A DNA stretch of 64,000 bases from Candidatus Binatia bacterium. GTDB taxonomy: Bacteria > Desulfobacterota > Binatia > HRBIN30. Positions 7,981-18,677 of the stretch are shown here, piece after piece; the first letter of the stretch is position 1, and every line of letters begins with the position of its first letter. The position numbers were made by a program, and so were the translations under genes. The notes below the pieces were generated by a model. That model had not been told where the DNA came from. It was given only the letters and a program-made list of their open reading frames with translations, and did no database searches. The stretch covers positions 64,001 to 128,000 of the forward strand of contig JBBRSP010000002.1 of NCBI GenBank assembly GCA_038245295.1, read 5' to 3'.

Positions 7981-10392
7981 TTACTCCGCCGTGTTGGTCG
8001 TCGCGACGTAGTTGCGACACGGCATGGCGCGCAGAGCAGGACACGGCGGTAGCGGCGTAGTCACCGCGATGTTCGGCACGATCGGCAAGACGATGCGCGA
8101 CGGTGTCGCGGCAGAGCGACCGATCGAGTTGGTGACCGGACCGTTCGGCTGCAAGATGTCGAACTTCCAAGATGGCCGTGTGTCGCCGGGGGTATCAACC
8201 GTGATGCGGATGCGTGATCCGGCACGGAAGACGTGCGCGAACGGGTAGAGCTCGACGCGTGCTTCGACGAATTGGCCCGCCGGTAGATTCGCCGCATCGA
8301 CCTGGAGGTGGTCGTGGAACGGACGGAAGATCGTCGATTCGGTCTGGTTGACCTTGCGATGACTGGCTCGCAGCCATCCCGCCTGGACAAACGTCTCCTT
8401 GCCGTCGGGACGGATCTCGCTGAGCTGCACTTGTAGATCCGTATCGAGGGCGGTCGACTTGACCCACAAATCGACACTGCCATTGCCGGTCATGACCAGC
8501 GTGTTCGGCAGCGGGTCGGAGGCGTAAGCCACCGCTTTGCCGCTATCGTCCTGCTTCCAATCCCATGGCGGCAGCGCAATCCACGGCAAGCTGCTGTCGC
8601 CATGCAGGGTGGTTTGCTGGCCATGGGTTGGGTCGTACAGGAAGGAATCGGCGCCGCTGCCGTCGCTCGGAGTGTTGCTCGTCAGGCGTCCATTGCTGTT
8701 GAAGTACCAGATGCCCGGCTCGAGGTCGGCGATCGGCCAATTCGAATAACCGTGCTCGAACCCTGGGACCGGGGCACCAGGTTGGCGCGTGTCGCCGGCA
8801 CCGTTGTCGTAAAGCACACGCACGCGTGGCTCGGCTTCGAACTTGGCCAACGCCGATTCGAAGCTCGGCTCGCTGCCAAACCGATCGGGCGGGACGGCAA
8901 CCCGCGTGATGCCGAAGACCTGTTGCGCAATGACGGTCAACGCCACCTTGGCCAGGCCTGGCAGAACCGGAATCTCGCGGCGCACGTAGAACGACAGGAA
9001 CTCGCTCCAGCGCGTGAAGATCTGCGGTCCGAGTGAATCGGTGTGTCCGCCGTTGGTGATGGTGAAGTGCACCTTCTCACCCGTGAAGCGGTCGAGCATA
9101 TTGGGGAAGTATCCGCCGGTCTGCTCGTCCTGCCACGCGCCGGCCAGGAAGACCGGCACGTTGATCTTGTTGACAAACGTCACCGGCGCGATGGGATCGG
9201 CGACGGCCGGAACGTAGAAGTTGTTTTCAGCGATCAGAGTCGGCAGGTCGGGGTTCTGGCCGCGGAAGCGCTGGTTATCGATGCAAACCTGGTCGCCGTT
9301 GTCGCGGCGCTTCTTCGACCACGCCTGCCCGAACGGCCGGGCATCCGCTTGGCGCTCGTCGGCCCAACCCGTGGCGAAGCCGTTGTTGAGGATACCGCCT
9401 GGGTAGAGGGTGCCGCGACCGGTGTCGGAGATGACCGACAGCGGCGCAATCGAAGCAAGGCTTGGCGGTTGCAGTTGCGCGACGAACAGTTGGCTGATGC
9501 CCGGGTAGGAGATGCCGACCATGCCGACCTTGTGAAACTTGGCCCACGGCTGGGCAGCGATGACCTCGACGGCGTCGTATCCGTCGGTGTCTTGTGCCGT
9601 TTCAAAGAACTTGAACGAACCACCCGAGCAGCCGGTGCCGCGCATGTTGATGCCGACAACCGCATACTCGAGGGCGTTGCCGATCAGCGTGCTCGGTTGC
9701 GGCGCATCGGGGTTGGCCGGATCGTAGCCCGAGTACTCGACGAGTGTCGGATACGGGCCGTTCTCAATGGGGCCGGGGAGGATGACATTGATGGCCAGCT
9801 GGGTACCGTCACGCGTGGTGATGTACTGGTAGCCGTTGACCACCTGCTGGTTCGCGTAGAACGACTGCGGCGGCGTCTGGTCGCGCGTCCAAACCGCCGT
9901 CGGGCGGCTCGAACGACGCACACCATTGTTGTCTTCGCTGACCACGTAACCGGTGCCCGGCGGCAGGTCGCGGAAGATGAGCGTGCCCTGATCGTCGGCG
10001 CGTCCCGACTCCAGGACGATACCGCCGCCGTCGGCGACATCGAGCATGAGGCCCGGCTCGGCGCCATCGATGAGCAACTGCTCGACACTGCTCTGAACGT
10101 GGAAGCTGACCGCAGAAGTCGGCGTTGCCGTCGGCTGTGGCGTGTTGGTGTTGGTTGCCGTGGCTGTCGGCACCGGCGAGTTGGTGGCAGTCGCCGGGAC
10201 AGACGTCGCGGTGAAGGTGCGGGTCGCCGTCGGTGGCACCGCGGTGAAGGTCGCGCTGGGGATGGCGGTCGCTGTGGCCGTCGCCGCGGGGGCGGTCGGC
10301 GAATCGTTGCTGTCGCCGCACGCCGAAAGTGCCGCGGCCAGGGCCACGCCCATCGTTAGTTGCAGCCACCGGGTCTGAATCAACCTATGCAT
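7981..10392 (-). CDS. CocE/NonD (peptidase S15) family hydrolase, lipoprotein with Thr/Pro-rich linker
   Basis: Lipobox LSAC, T/P-rich stalk, TRDGTQLA, NMRGTGCSGG, nucleophile GISYPG, C-terminal HVFRAGSRIRI; RBS GGAG before ATG 10392. Confidence 0.88.
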   Translation of the reverse strand: MHRLIQTRWLQLTMGVALAAALSACGDSNDSPTAPAATATATAIPSATFTAVPPTATRTFTATSVPATATNSPVPTATATNTNTPQPTATPTSAVSFHVQSSVEQLLIDGAEPGLMLDVADGGGIVLESGRADDQGTLIFRDLPPGTGYVVSEDNNGVRRSSRPTAVWTRDQTPPQSFYANQQVVNGYQYITTRDGTQLAINVILPGPIENGPYPTLVEYSGYDPANPDAPQPSTLIGNALEYAVVGINMRGTGCSGGSFKFFETAQDTDGYDAVEVIAAQPWAKFHKVGMVGISYPGISQLFVAQLQPPSLASIAPLSVISDTGRGTLYPGGILNNGFATGWADERQADARPFGQAWSKKRRDNGDQVCIDNQRFRGQNPDLPTLIAENNFYVPAVADPIAPVTFVNKINVPVFLAGAWQDEQTGGYFPNMLDRFTGEKVHFTITNGGHTDSLGPQIFTRWSEFLSFYVRREIPVLPGLAKVALTVIAQQVFGITRVAVPPDRFGSEPSFESALAKFEAEPRVRVLYDNGAGDTRQPGAPVPGFEHGYSNWPIADLEPGIWYFNSNGRLTSNTPSDGSGADSFLYDPTHGQQTTLHGDSSLPWIALPPWDWKQDDSGKAVAYASDPLPNTLVMTGNGSVDLWVKSTALDTDLQVQLSEIRPDGKETFVQAGWLRASHRKVNQTESTIFRPFHDHLQVDAANLPAGQFVEARVELYPFAHVFRAGSRIRITVDTPGDTRPSWKFDILQPNGPVTNSIGRSAATPSRIVLPIVPNIAVTTPLPPCPALRAMPCRNYVATTNTAE

Positions 10393-10800
10393 GTGTTCTC
10401 CAAGTCTCCGTCCATCTTTGGCGCACCCTGGCCGCATGGCCGACCGCACGCACTTTTCATGTAAGCGTAATGAATTGGCAGGGTTTACCCGGTTCAGGGC
10501 CATCGTCAATCAATTCGCTACCCAATGGCGCAATCGAAGCGTCAAAGTGATGGATTGGCGGGGTCAGTGGCGGACTGGTTTGACCTGATCGCGGCGTGCA
10601 ACATCTCTAGACAGCAACGCCGCACTCAACGGCATCGTAACAGGTGCAGACGCACCGCCGGTTCGCTGGGCGTTCGCGAACCGCCCCTACACTTCTGCGC
10701 CGCGACAGAAGACCGCGCCGGAGCGACGCACATTTTCATTTGCCCCTAGGGGGTTAGGCGAGTATATTCGCCCGGCTGTACTAGGTGTGGAGGGGTTGTG

Positions 10801-12468
10801 ATGTCGTCCGAAAACGGTACCGGCGTGCTTCGAGTCGTGCCACTGGGTGGGCTCGGAGAGATCGGTGTCAATTGTCTACTCATTGAATACAACGGCTACG
10901 CAATCGCGGTCGATTGCGGCGTCATGTTCCCGGAGCTGCACATGCCGGGGATCGATCTGGTCATTCCGGATCTAACCTACCTGCAGCAGTTCGGTGACCG
11001 ATTCCTCGGATTCGTCGTTACCCACGGCCACGAGGACCATATCGGAGCGCTGCCCTATGTGCTGCGCGACATCGACGCGCCGGTATATGCACCGCCGATG
11101 GCGGCCGGGTTGCTGACCGAGAAGCTCAAGGAACACAGTATCAACCCGACGATCCACGTGGTGCGCCCGCGCCATCCGTGGGAGTTGGGTCCGTTCAAGA
11201 TCGAATCGATCCACATGACCCATTCGATCGTCGACACCGTGGCTCTGGCGATCACGACGCCGCTCGGCGTCATCATCCACAGCGGCGATTTCAAGCTCGA
11301 TCCGTCGCCGGTCGACAATGCCGCGTCGGACCTCGACGCTCTCGCCGAGTATGCCGAACGCGGTGTGCTGCTGCTGCTCTCCGATTCGACCAATGCGGAA
11401 CGGCCGGGCCGCACCGATTCGGAACGCTCGGTACGCGGCGATATCGACCGCATCTTCAAGAAGGTTGCGGGTAAGGTCTTCTTTTCGACTTTCTCGTCGC
11501 ACATCGCCCGCCTGACTCAGGTCATTGAGGTGTCGCAGTCCAACGGCCGGAAGGTCGCGGTGGTCGGTCGCAGTTTGCTCAACACCATCAAGATCGCCAC
11601 GGGTTTGGGCTACCTGAGCTACTCGCCGTCGACCTTCATCGATACCTCGGGGCTCAAAGATCTGGCGCCGCATCAAACGACGGTGTTGATCACCGGCAGC
11701 CAGGGCGAGCCGATGTCGGCGCTGATCCGCATCGCCGAAGGGGCGCACGGCCAGGTGAAGATGGAGCCGGACGACGCGGTCATCCTGTCGTCGCGCATCA
11801 TCCCCGGCAACGAGCGGCCGATCAGCAACATGATCAACCACATCCACCGCCGCGGCGCGACGCCGTACCACTCGCACAACTGCGCCGTGCACGTCTCCGG
11901 CCACGCCAGTCAGGAAGAGCTCAAAGATCTGATGCGCCTGCTGAAGCCGAAGTACTTCATTCCCGTACACGGCGAATACCGCCATCTGGTGCAGCACCGT
12001 ACCTTGGCGCACGAAGTCGGCATCAGTCCGGACAACACGTTCCTTCTCGAAAACGGCAATGTCTTGGAGATCGACGCCCAGTCCGCCCATCGTGCCGAGA
12101 GTGTGCGCGCCGGGCGTGTGTTCGTCGACGGCAAGGGCGTCGGTGACATTCAGGACATCGTGTTGCGCGACCGTCGACATCTGTCGTCCGACGGCCTAGT
12201 GCTGGCGATTCTCGCGATCAACCAACAGAATGGCACCCTGCTTTCCGGCCCGGACCTGATCTCGCGCGGTTTCGTCCCCGAAGAGGGCACACAAGCGTAT
12301 CTCGAAAAGGCCAAGAGCGTCGTTGTCGAGGTGTTTGAGGCCCTGCCCTTCGAGTCACGCACCGACTCGCTCGTCGTCAAAGAGGAAGTGCGCAAATCGC
12401 TGAAGAAGTATTTCAGCAAGACCCTCGAACGGCGTCCGGTGATCGTGCCGTTCATCATGGAGATGTAA
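10801..12468 (+). CDS. rnj: Ribonuclease J
   Basis: PLGGLGEIG, THGHEDHIG, GDFKLD, DSTNAE, GSQGEP, HVSGHA, PVHGE. Confidence 0.96.
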   Translation: MSSENGTGVLRVVPLGGLGEIGVNCLLIEYNGYAIAVDCGVMFPELHMPGIDLVIPDLTYLQQFGDRFLGFVVTHGHEDHIGALPYVLRDIDAPVYAPPMAAGLLTEKLKEHSINPTIHVVRPRHPWELGPFKIESIHMTHSIVDTVALAITTPLGVIIHSGDFKLDPSPVDNAASDLDALAEYAERGVLLLLSDSTNAERPGRTDSERSVRGDIDRIFKKVAGKVFFSTFSSHIARLTQVIEVSQSNGRKVAVVGRSLLNTIKIATGLGYLSYSPSTFIDTSGLKDLAPHQTTVLITGSQGEPMSALIRIAEGAHGQVKMEPDDAVILSSRIIPGNERPISNMINHIHRRGATPYHSHNCAVHVSGHASQEELKDLMRLLKPKYFIPVHGEYRHLVQHRTLAHEVGISPDNTFLLENGNVLEIDAQSAHRAESVRAGRVFVDGKGVGDIQDIVLRDRRHLSSDGLVLAILAINQQNGTLLSGPDLISRGFVPEEGTQAYLEKAKSVVVEVFEALPFESRTDSLVVKEEVRKSLKKYFSKTLERRPVIVPFIMEM

Positions 12469-12470
12469 CG

Positions 12471-14711
12471 ATGGCGCGCAACTCTGCCGCAGCCAGCAAG
12501 CGCGTCGAAGAGCCTGACGTTTCACAATACCTCAACGAGGTGGCGGGAATCCTGACGCTCGGCGTCGCGATCTTCGTCCTGGTCAGCTTTGCTTCGTTCC
12601 ACCTGGGCTACAAAGGCCAACTCGGTGGTGTGATCGGCTACACGCTCGCCAATCTCCTGGCGCAGGCCTTCGGCTTGGCGGTTTACCTTCTGCCTATTCT
12701 GCTCGGAGTGATTGGGGTGCGTTTGTTCCGCGGCGGTCTCGGCGACATGTCGATGACGCGCCTGTCGGCCGCCTCGTCGTTGCTGCTGATTCTGTCGATC
12801 CTGTGCGGACTGGTGATCCATCACGAGAACATCGCCATCGGCGGCGGTTGGTTCGGCGGCTTCATTGCCCGCATTCTCTTCGAGGCTTGTGGCGCCATGG
12901 GCGCCTTCGTTGTCGTCGGCGCCATGTTGCTGCTCGCCGTGATGTTCACGACGGGAACATCGATGAGTAGCGCCACCGAGCGCGCCGGCATCAGTTTCCG
13001 CACCAGTATGGGCAACTGGCGCGAGCGCCGCGCGGCCCGCAAAGCCGCCAAACAGGCGGCGGTGCTGGAAGCCGCGGCTGCCGTACCTGCTGCGGTCGTC
13101 GGAGTAACACGAAGCCCGCGTAACGAGGCCGGCCCGATGATCCTTCTCGACGAGCAGATCGAGAAGCCGGCGCGTCGACGTGAACCGCTGCAGGAGCCGC
13201 TACCGTTCCATGACGGCGAGTATGTGACCCCGTCGCCGCGTCTGCTCGACGATCCGGTGCACGCCGCCATTCGGGTTGATGAAGATCAGCTGCGCAAGAG
13301 CTCGGAGATTCTGCGCAACAAGCTGGCCAACTTCGGGATCGAATGTGAGGTCGTCGCGGTGCGGCCCGGCCCGGTGATCACGACCTTCGAGATCGAGCCG
13401 GCGCCAGGCGTCAAAGTAAATCGCATCGTGACTCTGCAAGACGACCTGACGATGGCTCTGCGCGCCAACGGCGTGCGCATCCTGGCCCCGGTGCCGGGCA
13501 AGGCCGTCGTCGGCATCGAAGTCGCCAACGCCAAGCGCGAAAAGGTTTTCTTGAGCGAGATCATCGAGAGCGAAGCCTACCAGGCGGTCGACTCGACGCT
13601 GACGCTGGCGCTCGGCAAGGATAGCGCCGGTATACCGGTCGCCGCCGATCTGGCGCGCATGCCGCATCTGCTGATCGCCGGCGCCACCGGCACCGGTAAG
13701 TCGGTGTCGCTCAACGCCATGGTCATGAGCATTCTCCTCAAAGCGTCACCGGCCGATGTGCGCTTCGTCATGATCGATCTGAAGATGCTCGAGCTGTCGT
13801 TGTACGAAGACTTGCCGCATCAGATCGTACCGGTGATCACCGACCCCAAGAAGGCCATCGTCGTGCTGAAGAATCTGTGCGACGAGATGGACCGGCGCTA
13901 CCAGGTTCTCAAAGACAAAGGCGTGCGCAACATCGACGGGTACAACCGTGCCATCGAACAGGAAGGCGCCGGCGGAGTCCTCGAGCTCACGGAAGTGGCC
14001 GATGATGACGACGAGCTCGTGGCCGCCCCCAATGACGTGCGTCACGAGCGTATGCCGAAGATCATCGTCATCATCGACGAGCTCGCCGACCTGATCATGA
14101 CGTCGGGGCGCCACGTCGAAGAGCCGATCACACGCCTGGCGCAGAAGGCGCGCGCTTGCGGCATCCATTTGATCCTGGCGACACAGCGACCGTCGGTCGA
14201 CGTCATCACCGGCCTGATCAAGGCGAACTTTCCAGCGCGTCTGTCGTTCCAGGTAACGTCACGCATCGACTCGCGCACCATCCTCGATTCGATGGGTGCG
14301 GAACGCCTGCTCGGCGGTGGCGACTGTCTCTACCTGCCGCCCGGCACGGCGAAGCTCCAACGCATCCACGGCGCGTATGTCTCCGAAGAAGAGATCAAGC
14401 GCGTAACGACACACGTCAAGAATCAGGGAAAGCCGCAGTATGCGTTCGAGCTCCTCGAAGGCCAGGAGGAAGAAGGCGCCGAAGGCAATGGCGGTCTGGG
14501 TGATGACTGGAGCGACGAGATGTACGATCAGGCGGTACAGGTCGTTACCGAGAGCCGCATCGCTTCCATCTCGTATGTCCAGCGCCGGCTGCACGTCGGC
14601 TACAACCGCGCCGCGCGTATGATCGAACGTATGGAGACCGAGGGGGTCGTGAGCCGTAGCGACAACGGCCGGCCGCGTGAGGTCTTGGCGCCGGCGGCAC
14701 CCGAGGATTGA
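12471..14711 (+). CDS. ftsK: DNA translocase FtsK/SpoIIIE
   Basis: N-terminal TM region, PHLLIAGATGTGKS, IIDELADL, LATQRPSVDVITG, gamma domain GYNRAAR. Confidence 0.96.
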   Translation: MARNSAAASKRVEEPDVSQYLNEVAGILTLGVAIFVLVSFASFHLGYKGQLGGVIGYTLANLLAQAFGLAVYLLPILLGVIGVRLFRGGLGDMSMTRLSAASSLLLILSILCGLVIHHENIAIGGGWFGGFIARILFEACGAMGAFVVVGAMLLLAVMFTTGTSMSSATERAGISFRTSMGNWRERRAARKAAKQAAVLEAAAAVPAAVVGVTRSPRNEAGPMILLDEQIEKPARRREPLQEPLPFHDGEYVTPSPRLLDDPVHAAIRVDEDQLRKSSEILRNKLANFGIECEVVAVRPGPVITTFEIEPAPGVKVNRIVTLQDDLTMALRANGVRILAPVPGKAVVGIEVANAKREKVFLSEIIESEAYQAVDSTLTLALGKDSAGIPVAADLARMPHLLIAGATGTGKSVSLNAMVMSILLKASPADVRFVMIDLKMLELSLYEDLPHQIVPVITDPKKAIVVLKNLCDEMDRRYQVLKDKGVRNIDGYNRAIEQEGAGGVLELTEVADDDDELVAAPNDVRHERMPKIIVIIDELADLIMTSGRHVEEPITRLAQKARACGIHLILATQRPSVDVITGLIKANFPARLSFQVTSRIDSRTILDSMGAERLLGGGDCLYLPPGTAKLQRIHGAYVSEEEIKRVTTHVKNQGKPQYAFELLEGQEEEGAEGNGGLGDDWSDEMYDQAVQVVTESRIASISYVQRRLHVGYNRAARMIERMETEGVVSRSDNGRPREVLAPAAPED

Positions 14712-14721
14712 GTCGGAGTTC

Positions 14722-16017
14722 CTAGGCGACGGCGCCGGTCAGGGTGTGTGCCGACGCTTCGACAATTCGCACATCGACAATCTCGCCCGGCTGCACCGAC
14801 GTGCTCTGGAAAATGGTGGTGCGAAAGTGCGGCGTCTTCCCGAACATCCAGCCTGCGCCGCGTCGTGCCTGCTCTTCCACCAGCACCGGAAAGCTCGATC
14901 CGATCAGACCCTGATGAATGCGCGCAGCGCGTTCGTGTTGTTGCTCGATGATCGTCTGCAGACGGCGGCCCTTCTCGTCCTCGCTGACCGTCTCTTCCCA
15001 CTTTGCCGCCTTGGTGCCGCTGCGTTGGGAGTATTTGAACATGTAGGCCTGGTCGTATCCGACCTCGTTCATCAGATCGATCGTCGCCTGAAAGTCCGTC
15101 TCATCCTCGCCAGGGAAGCCAACGATGATGTCCGTGCTCAGCGCAATGCCGGGGACCGCGATGCGTAGTTTCTCGACGATGCCTCGATACTCATCGACGG
15201 TGTAGCCGCGTTCCATATTGGCCAGGACCCGGTCGGACCCCGACTGCACCGGCAGATGGATCTGCGGACAAATCTTGGCGTGCTCGCCCACGGCGGCAAT
15301 TACGCGATCCGTCATGTCCGACGGATGCGGCGAGGTGAAGCGGATGCGTTCGATGCCATCAATGGCGGCGGTGCGACGCAGTAGTTCGGCGAAGTCGACA
15401 TCACCGTCACGATAGGCGTTCACCGTCTGCCCGAGGAAAACGATCTCCTTGAAACCCTCGTCGGCCAGTGTGTGCGCCTGCGCAATCAGCGACTCGGCAT
15501 CGACGCTGCGCTCGCGACCACGCACGTAGGGGACGATGCAAAACGTGCAGAACTTGTCGCAGCCACGCATGATCGTCAGCCAGGCACGTACGCCGGCATC
15601 GCGCTGCGGCACGATGTCCGCGTAGGTCTCAGCACGATCGAGACGCACATCGATGAACGGATCACCGTTGCCGTTGCCCAGAAGCTCCGGCAAGCGCCGG
15701 TACGAATCCGGCCCGACGATGAAATCGACCCACGGCAGGCGATCGAGCAAGGTATCGCGCACATGCTGCGCCATGCAGCCGGAGATGCCGAGCTGCACAC
15801 CTGGCCGCCGCGACTTGTAACGCATGAGGTCGCCAAGGCGGCCGATGACACGCTCTTCGGCGTTCTCCCGGATGGCGCAGGTATTGAGCAGAATGACGTC
15901 GGCGTCAGCCGGCGAGTCGGTGCGACCGTACCCGTGCTGGCGCAGATGACCGAGCATCGTCTCGCTGTCGGCGGTGTTCATCTGACAGCCGTAGGTTTCA
16001 ATGTAGATGTTTCGCAT
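14722..16017 (-). CDS. miaB: tRNA-i6A37 methylthiotransferase MiaB
   Basis: YIETYGCQMN, LNTCAIRENAE, CDKFCTFC radical SAM motif, TDIIVGFPGE, C-terminal TRAM. Confidence 0.93.
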   Translation of the reverse strand: MRNIYIETYGCQMNTADSETMLGHLRQHGYGRTDSPADADVILLNTCAIRENAEERVIGRLGDLMRYKSRRPGVQLGISGCMAQHVRDTLLDRLPWVDFIVGPDSYRRLPELLGNGNGDPFIDVRLDRAETYADIVPQRDAGVRAWLTIMRGCDKFCTFCIVPYVRGRERSVDAESLIAQAHTLADEGFKEIVFLGQTVNAYRDGDVDFAELLRRTAAIDGIERIRFTSPHPSDMTDRVIAAVGEHAKICPQIHLPVQSGSDRVLANMERGYTVDEYRGIVEKLRIAVPGIALSTDIIVGFPGEDETDFQATIDLMNEVGYDQAYMFKYSQRSGTKAAKWEETVSEDEKGRRLQTIIEQQHERAARIHQGLIGSSFPVLVEEQARRGAGWMFGKTPHFRTTIFQSTSVQPGEIVDVRIVEASAHTLTGAVA

Positions 16018-16095
16018 GTGGCTACTTGGGCCCGATGCACTTCGGGCCTTTCGCAAGCAAGGCGCGGAATATATCGTCCGCCCCTGGCGGAAACA

Positions 16096-17007
16096 ATGAA
16101 GATTGCCTCCCTACTTCCCAGCGCGACGGAGATCGTTTGCGCTCTCGGCCTCGCCGATCAACTGGTCGGCGTGTCGCACGAGTGCGACTTTCCCGAAGCA
16201 ATCGTCGGGCGCCCCGTGCTGACCGACGCGAAGATCGATGCGACGCAGGATTCTGCGACGATCGACGCGGCAGTTCGTGGCTTGGTGAGAGATGGGTTGA
16301 GTGTCTATCGAATCAAGACCGACCTTCTCGCCGAGCTGCGCCCCGATCTCATCGTCACACAGGACCAATGCGACGTATGCGCCGTATCGTATGCGGAGGT
16401 GGAGCAGGCGACACGCGCCTTGTTCGGCGACACGGCCAAAATCGTTTCCCTCAAGCCGCAACGACTCGAGGACATCTTGAATGACATCACCACCGTGGCG
16501 CGGGCGGCCGGCGTCGAGTCGGCCGGTACCGCCCTGGTGGAAGCATCGCGCCAACGACTCGATTTGATCACCAAGAAACTGTTTCGGGCCCGCAGCCGGC
16601 CTCGCGTCGCCTGCATCGAGTGGCTCGAACCGTTGATGATGGCCGGCAACTGGGTTCCGGAGATGGTCGAGCTGGCCGGCGGCACCTACGACGCGGTTAC
16701 CGCCGGCGCCCACAGCGTCACCATCAGTTGGGAACAGCTCGTCGATTATGCCCCCGACGTGATCATCCTCATGCCGTGCGGCTTCAAGCTGACGCAGACC
16801 GAGCGTGAGCTGGCACGGCTGACGTCCCATCCATCATGGGAGGGACTGCCGGCGGTGCGTAATCGCCGCGTCTACGCCGTCGACGGCAACGCCTATCTCA
16901 ACCGCCCCGGCCCGCGCATCGTCGACAGTGCCGAGCTGCTCGCCGGACTGATCCAGCCGGGGTTCTATGCGCACAAGATCCCGGCTGGGAGTTATGTGCG
17001 AGTCTGA
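16096..17007 (+). CDS. Cobalamin/Fe-siderophore-type substrate-binding-like protein (BtuF-like)
   Basis: MKIASLLPSATEIVCALG, VSHECDFP, TQDQCDVC, IEWLEP, NRPGPR. Confidence 0.82.
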   Translation: MKIASLLPSATEIVCALGLADQLVGVSHECDFPEAIVGRPVLTDAKIDATQDSATIDAAVRGLVRDGLSVYRIKTDLLAELRPDLIVTQDQCDVCAVSYAEVEQATRALFGDTAKIVSLKPQRLEDILNDITTVARAAGVESAGTALVEASRQRLDLITKKLFRARSRPRVACIEWLEPLMMAGNWVPEMVELAGGTYDAVTAGAHSVTISWEQLVDYAPDVIILMPCGFKLTQTERELARLTSHPSWEGLPAVRNRRVYAVDGNAYLNRPGPRIVDSAELLAGLIQPGFYAHKIPAGSYVRV

Positions 17008-17058
17008 CGATGCAGGGGTTACAGGGGCGGCGATGGCTCGCGAGAAGACTGACACGTC

Positions 17059-17204
17059 GTCGTCCCGGCGGAGGAGCCTGTCGTAAAACCAAAGTGGAGC
17101 AACGTCATCCCGGTGAAAACCGGGATCTCCCCCTTCTGGAATCCTCGAAAGCTGGCGAGATACCGGCTTCGCCGGTATGACGGAAAGGTCTGCTCGGTTT
17201 CAAA
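17059..17204 (+). mobile_element. MITE family A, copy 1 (one TIR recognised)
   Basis: GAGCCTGTCGTAAAACCAAAGTGGAGCAACGTCATCCCGGTGAAAACCGGGATC...; highly similar to 61847-61955. Confidence 0.7.
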
Positions 17205-17281
17205 TTTGGTTTCCGAGTAAATCGCCACACTCCTCCGCTGGAATGACGTTCCTCCATATGCCCCGAGGAAGGGAAGAAGAA

Positions 17282-17602
17282 ATGAATCCAACCGAAGTCC
17301 GACGCGGCGTCAGCGACCGCGTCATGCACATCGTCTGGGATGACGACCATCAAAGCGAGTACCCGTGGGCCTACCTACGCGGCTGGTGCCCGTGTGCCGC
17401 GTGTCAGGGGCACGGCAACGAGAAGCGCTACGTCCATGCGCCAACCTCCGATCTGGCGAGCCTGAGCGTCGTCGGCAACTATGCCCTGAGCCTCGTTTGG
17501 AGCGACGGCCACGAAACGGGCATCTACAGCTACCGGCATTTGCGCCAGCTGTGTCACTGCTCCAAATGCGGTGGCATCGGTGAGGGTACCCCGGAGGCGT
17601 AA
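17282..17602 (+). CDS. DUF971 / gamma-butyrobetaine-hydroxylase-N-like Zn-binding protein
   Basis: WDDDHQSEY, LRGWCPCAAC, VGNYAL, WSDGHETGIYSY. Confidence 0.88.
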   Translation: MNPTEVRRGVSDRVMHIVWDDDHQSEYPWAYLRGWCPCAACQGHGNEKRYVHAPTSDLASLSVVGNYALSLVWSDGHETGIYSYRHLRQLCHCSKCGGIGEGTPEA

Positions 17603-17609
17603 ACCCCTT

Positions 17610-17657
17610 CTTGCCCTTGCCCGTGCCCATCTCGGGTGGAACCAGGGCAAGGGCAAG
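17610..17657. repeat. TTGCCC/GGGCAA hexamer palindrome between convergent genes
   Basis: CTTGCCCTTGCCC...GGGCAAGGGCAAG; same family at 25456-25533. Confidence 0.6.
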
Positions 17658-17666
17658 TTTTGCGAA

Positions 17667-18677
17667 CTAGAAGTCGCGCGTCTCACCGACGCTGAAGATC
17701 CAGGCGTTTTCACGGAACCCCGATTCGGCCGCCGCGGCGCGGAAGCGCTGCGGTGGTTCGTCGAGCCCCTCGTCGGTGAGGTCAAAGGTTCCCCAATGCA
17801 TGCCGACGACGTGTCTTGCATGAACGTCCTCGGCGGCGTGGATCGCCTCTTCCGGATTCATGTGCACGAAACGCATGATGGATGGCGGATCGTAGGCGCC
17901 GATGGGTAGAGCGGCGAGATCGAACGAGCCGAAACGCTCACCGATCTTGGCGAAGCCTTTGAAATATCCGGTGTCGCCGGAGTGGAAGAAGCGCCGTGTC
18001 GGACCTTCGACCACCCAACCGGCCCACAGACGCTGGCCTTGATCACCGAGACCGCGGCCGCCCTGGTGCTGCACCGGCACGCAGTACACCCGCACATTGC
18101 CGATCTGCACACTCTCCCACCAATCGAGCTCGATGGCGTCGCCGCCGACACGACGCACCAGCTCGCCGGTTCCCTTGCCGACGACGAAGCGTGTGCCGCC
18201 CTTGGCCAGCGCCTGAATCGAGGCGAGGTCCATGTGATCGTAGTGATCGTGCGAAATCGTCACGAAGTCGACGCGCGGCAACGCGTCGATCGGCACCCCA
18301 GGCGGCACCAGGCGTTTCGGACCAGCGAACGAGAACGGACTAGCGCGTTCGGAGAACATCGGATCGGTCACGAAGGTCATGCCGTCCATGCGCACCAGAA
18401 ACGTCGCGTGGCCAATCCAGGTGACGCTTGGGTTGTGCTGCAGCATACGAGGATCATAGGCCACGAAGGGTGCGCCGCTGCCACGTGGCACGAGGGACGA
18501 ACCAACCTTACGCGCCAGGAACGAGGCCATATCCCAGAACGCCGGGTTCGGACGCGCACCACCTTCATTGAAGAAGCGCTGGCCATTGCTCGGCGCGCCG
18601 AGCGGGTCGGCAGCCGCCACGACGGCAAGCGCCAGCAGCCCAGAGGCTACGGCGACGAGGACGGTCCGTGCACGCAT
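17667..18677 (-). CDS. Secreted MBL-fold metallo-hydrolase (RomA/NAPE-PLD-like)
   Basis: Signal peptide; WIGHAT, TDPMFSERASP, SHDHYDHMD, GDTGY, PIGAY, GMHWGTF. Confidence 0.88.
   Translation of the reverse strand: MRARTVLVAVASGLLALAVVAAADPLGAPSNGQRFFNEGGARPNPAFWDMASFLARKVGSSLVPRGSGAPFVAYDPRMLQHNPSVTWIGHATFLVRMDGMTFVTDPMFSERASPFSFAGPKRLVPPGVPIDALPRVDFVTISHDHYDHMDLASIQALAKGGTRFVVGKGTGELVRRVGGDAIELDWWESVQIGNVRVYCVPVQHQGGRGLGDQGQRLWAGWVVEGPTRRFFHSGDTGYFKGFAKIGERFGSFDLAALPIGAYDPPSIMRFVHMNPEEAIHAAEDVHARHVVGMHWGTFDLTDEGLDEPPQRFRAAAAESGFRENAWIFSVGETRDF

Noticed and set aside
15472..16095. 208-aa N-terminal extension of the BtuF-like ORF (similar extensions at 23607, 52832, 61974, 63055)
   Set aside because: They overlap other real genes or repeats; family homology starts at the downstream start codons used above.
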